Below are positions 61,561 through 64,000 of a stretch of DNA of 64,000 nt, in pieces (within the stretch, counting starts at the first letter, position 1; each line of letters begins with the position of its first letter). The stretch lies in the NCBI GenBank assembly GCA_001179505.1, contig CDMY01000308.1, forward strand, positions 62,001 through 126,000, read 5' to 3'. The stretch is from Vitrella brassicaformis CCMP3155 (taxonomy: Eukaryota > Protista > Chromerida). The notes under the pieces were generated by a model that searched no databases, was not told the origin of the DNA, and worked only from the letters and a program-made list of their open reading frames with translations. The position numbers and the translations under genes were made by a program.

Positions 61561-64000
61561 ATGGGCCGGGGACACACGCGTTGGTCCACGGCACGAACGA
61601 ACACGAACAGTCTGAAGCGCGGTGTGATTGACCTGACGCAAGATGACGCACACGACGGCACTGCCGAGAATCCTCAAGACCTCACTCAAGACGCCGACGA
61701 GGCCCTGGCCAAGCGAGCAGAGCCCGCCCGCAAGAAGGGAAGGGTGAGTGAGACCGCCTGGCTATGGCGGTGCCAGCCCTTCTACCTCAATGCGATAGTG
61801 GACTATGGGCGCGATGGCGAGGGCAGCGAGGGCTGCTTGAGCATTCGGGACGTCATCGATGGGCCTGTGCAGGAGGTGAGTGAGTGGGTGGGTGGGAAGA
61901 TGCGGTCTGAGGGAGCCTTTGACGTGTTTGTTGTGTTGTGCAGATGTTGCTCGCCAGCATGAGGTTTGACCTAGTCGGTGAGATGACGACAGGCAGTCTG
62001 TCTGTCGGCCACACACACACACATTGGTTCTTGCCGTCTTGTTGTGTCAGCCGTGGTTGGTGGATGAGTGTCCCGTCATGAAGACAATGAGGCGCATCAC
62101 CATACTCACTGGAGACCCTCGCCACCAACCCCAAAGGAAAGGTGGTGAACTGACGAAGTGAGGCAAACGCGTCCGTGTGTGAATGGCTGGCTGTCTGTGT
62201 GTGTGTGCAGTAGACAGAGTGGAGGAGCTTCGACAGGATGCTACTAATCTCCAATCGCATGGGCCGAAGGTGCCGGTGGAAGTTTGCCCTCTGAGAGACG
62301 CCTACGCCTCGTTTCACCCCAAGCTGATCATCCTGACGTACGCCGACCACATCCGGGTGTGCATCGCGTCAGCCAACTTCACATACAGCAACTGGTGGGC
62401 GGGGAGGGAGGAAGAGGCTTCATGGGGGGGGGGGGGGGNNNNNNNNNNNNNNNNNNNNNNNNNNNNNNNNNNNNNNNNNNNNNNNNNNNNNNNNNNNNNN
62501 NNNNNNNNNNNNNNNNNNNNNNNNNNNNNNNNNNNNNNNNNNNNNNNNNNNNNNNNNNNNNNNNNNNNNNNNNNNNNNNNNNNNNNNNNNNNNNNNNNNN
62601 NNNNNNNNNNNNNNNNNNNNNNNNNNNNNNNNNNNNNNNNNNNNNNNNNNNNNNNNNNNNNNNNNNNNNNNNNNNNNNNNNNNNNNNNNNNNNNNNNNNN
62701 NNNNNNNNNNNNNNNNNNNNNNNNNNNNNNNNNNNNNNGGGGGTGGGACGTCACCTGTGTGTGTGGTGTTGATAGGTGGCGGAGGAACCAGGCCATCTAT
62801 GTGCAGGACTTCCCCCGCAAGAAGCAGCAGCAGCAGCAGCAGCAACAGGGCAGCCAGCCATCAACAGACGACATGGAGAGTGAGGCGGACAAAATGAGTC
62901 CGGCCATCCTTGTGTGTCTTAAGTTGGCTTGTGTGTCAGATCATCTGGCGGACTTCCTTCACGCCACGACGAAGGCGGGCGATTGGTGCAACAAGGTCCG
63001 CGAATTCGACTACTCGACAGCCATCGGCAAAATAGTCGCGTCTGTGCCGGTCAGCCGAACACATAGGGAGGGGGAGGGCCATGACAGCATTCACTCATAC
63101 GACAGACGCGTTCCTGCTGTGTGGATGTCTGTGCGTGTCACGTGCCTGCAGGGCAGCCACCAGGCTCCCGATGTCAACCGGTGGGGCCACATGAGAATGC
63201 GGGAGCTGCTCAAGAACCAGCCGGACCCCCAAGACTGGACAAGGTGAGCACGTGACGGCCGCACCGTCTTCGTCATGTGCTCCTTCCGCCCGCCGGATCT
63301 CTGTCTGTCTGTCTGTCTGCGCTTATTTCTTCATGTGTTTGTTTGCATCAGGTCCCACTTGGTGTGTCAGGTGCCGTCGGTCGGCAGCCTCGACGAAGAC
63401 TTCATAGAAGACCTCATCGGTGAGGGCTCAAAATGGCCGATGTGGGGCCACTTGACGCTCCTGATGGATGGATCGCAGGTGGTCTGTGTGTGAGCCCATC
63501 CCATCCCGAGATAGCAGAAGGCACGCACCTGACGTGGCAGCTCATCCTCCCGACCGTAGACGAAGTCAGCACCGCACATTCACACCAAAGAGGGCTGTAG
63601 ACATGCCTGGGGACACTCTCAGTGTGCTGTCCGTCGTCCCTTGTGTGCAGGTTCGGAACTCATTGGAGGGATGGGTGGCGGGCGAGTAAGAATGACGTCG
63701 ACACACACACTGCACACACAACGCCGATATCGCACCACATGGCTGTCTGTGTGGTTCTTCCCTCTCGCTCTCAGGGCCATTCACGTCACGAAGGACCGTC
63801 TGCTGGTCGCCGACAAGCGGGAGCCCGGCAAGAGGGAAGACCTACCCCCAGATGTTTTCCACAGATGGGGCTACCACAAACCCAACGGCGAGCCGGCGTG
63901 CCGCGGTGCCGCCCTCCCCCACCCGCCCAACAGGACGTCGGCGTGCCCCCACCTCAAGACGTTCCTCAAGTGAGCCACAGACACACAGACACAGACATGC
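61561..64000 (+). CDS. TDP1: Tyrosyl-DNA phosphodiesterase 1; 3' end lies outside the window
   Basis: First HKN motif FHPKLIIL...IASANF, plus NQAIYVQDFP, FDYSTAIGKIVASVP|GSH, WGHMRMRELL, VCQVPSVGSL, VRNSLEGWVAG and second motif PHLKTF. Confidence 0.93.
62439..62738. other. Assembly gap (300 N) flanked by G runs
   Basis: N run inside a TDP1 intron. Confidence 1.

Noticed and set aside
1-64000. CRISPR array, rRNA or tRNA genes
   Set aside because: No regularly spaced repeat-spacer units, rRNA-like blocks or cloverleaf with T-loop consensus were seen; repeats are simple microsatellites.

Overview
Intron-dense, GC-rich eukaryotic genomic DNA with six 300-N assembly gaps. Most introns carry (CA)n/(GT)n microsatellites. 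Gene style, signal-plus-transit leaders and lineage-type families suggest a chromerid, most likely Vitrella brassicaformis (inference, not checked by search). Housekeeping genes sit on both flanks. Left: ataxin-2/Pbp1, an SPFH protein, a TVP38/TMEM64 protein, a plastid-type RluA pseudouridine synthase and an SLC25A38-like carrier. Right: TMCO1, a divergent ribonucleotide reductase small subunit and TDP1. Between them is a ~33 kb accessory block (25.3-57.9 kb) with an ankyrin-family gene, five F-box-like genes (two paralogue pairs plus one), a Josephin-like cysteine protease, a Crinkler/RHS-type NTPase+restriction-endonuclease-fold gene, a myristoylated TKL kinase-ankyrin gene with a frameshift, and an orphan TDP1 exon. 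Best leads: (1) the CR-type NTPase-REase has a signal peptide plus transit-like leader instead of a typical header; (2) the R2 paralogue has lost two iron ligands and both radical tyrosines but keeps the R1-binding tail, and is head-to-head with TDP1; (3) a divergent Josephin domain with an intact triad; (4) introns show 5'-(CA)n / 3'-(GT)n polarity that follows gene strand. All gene models were spliced by hand from GT-AG sites and motif recall; no database searches were run.
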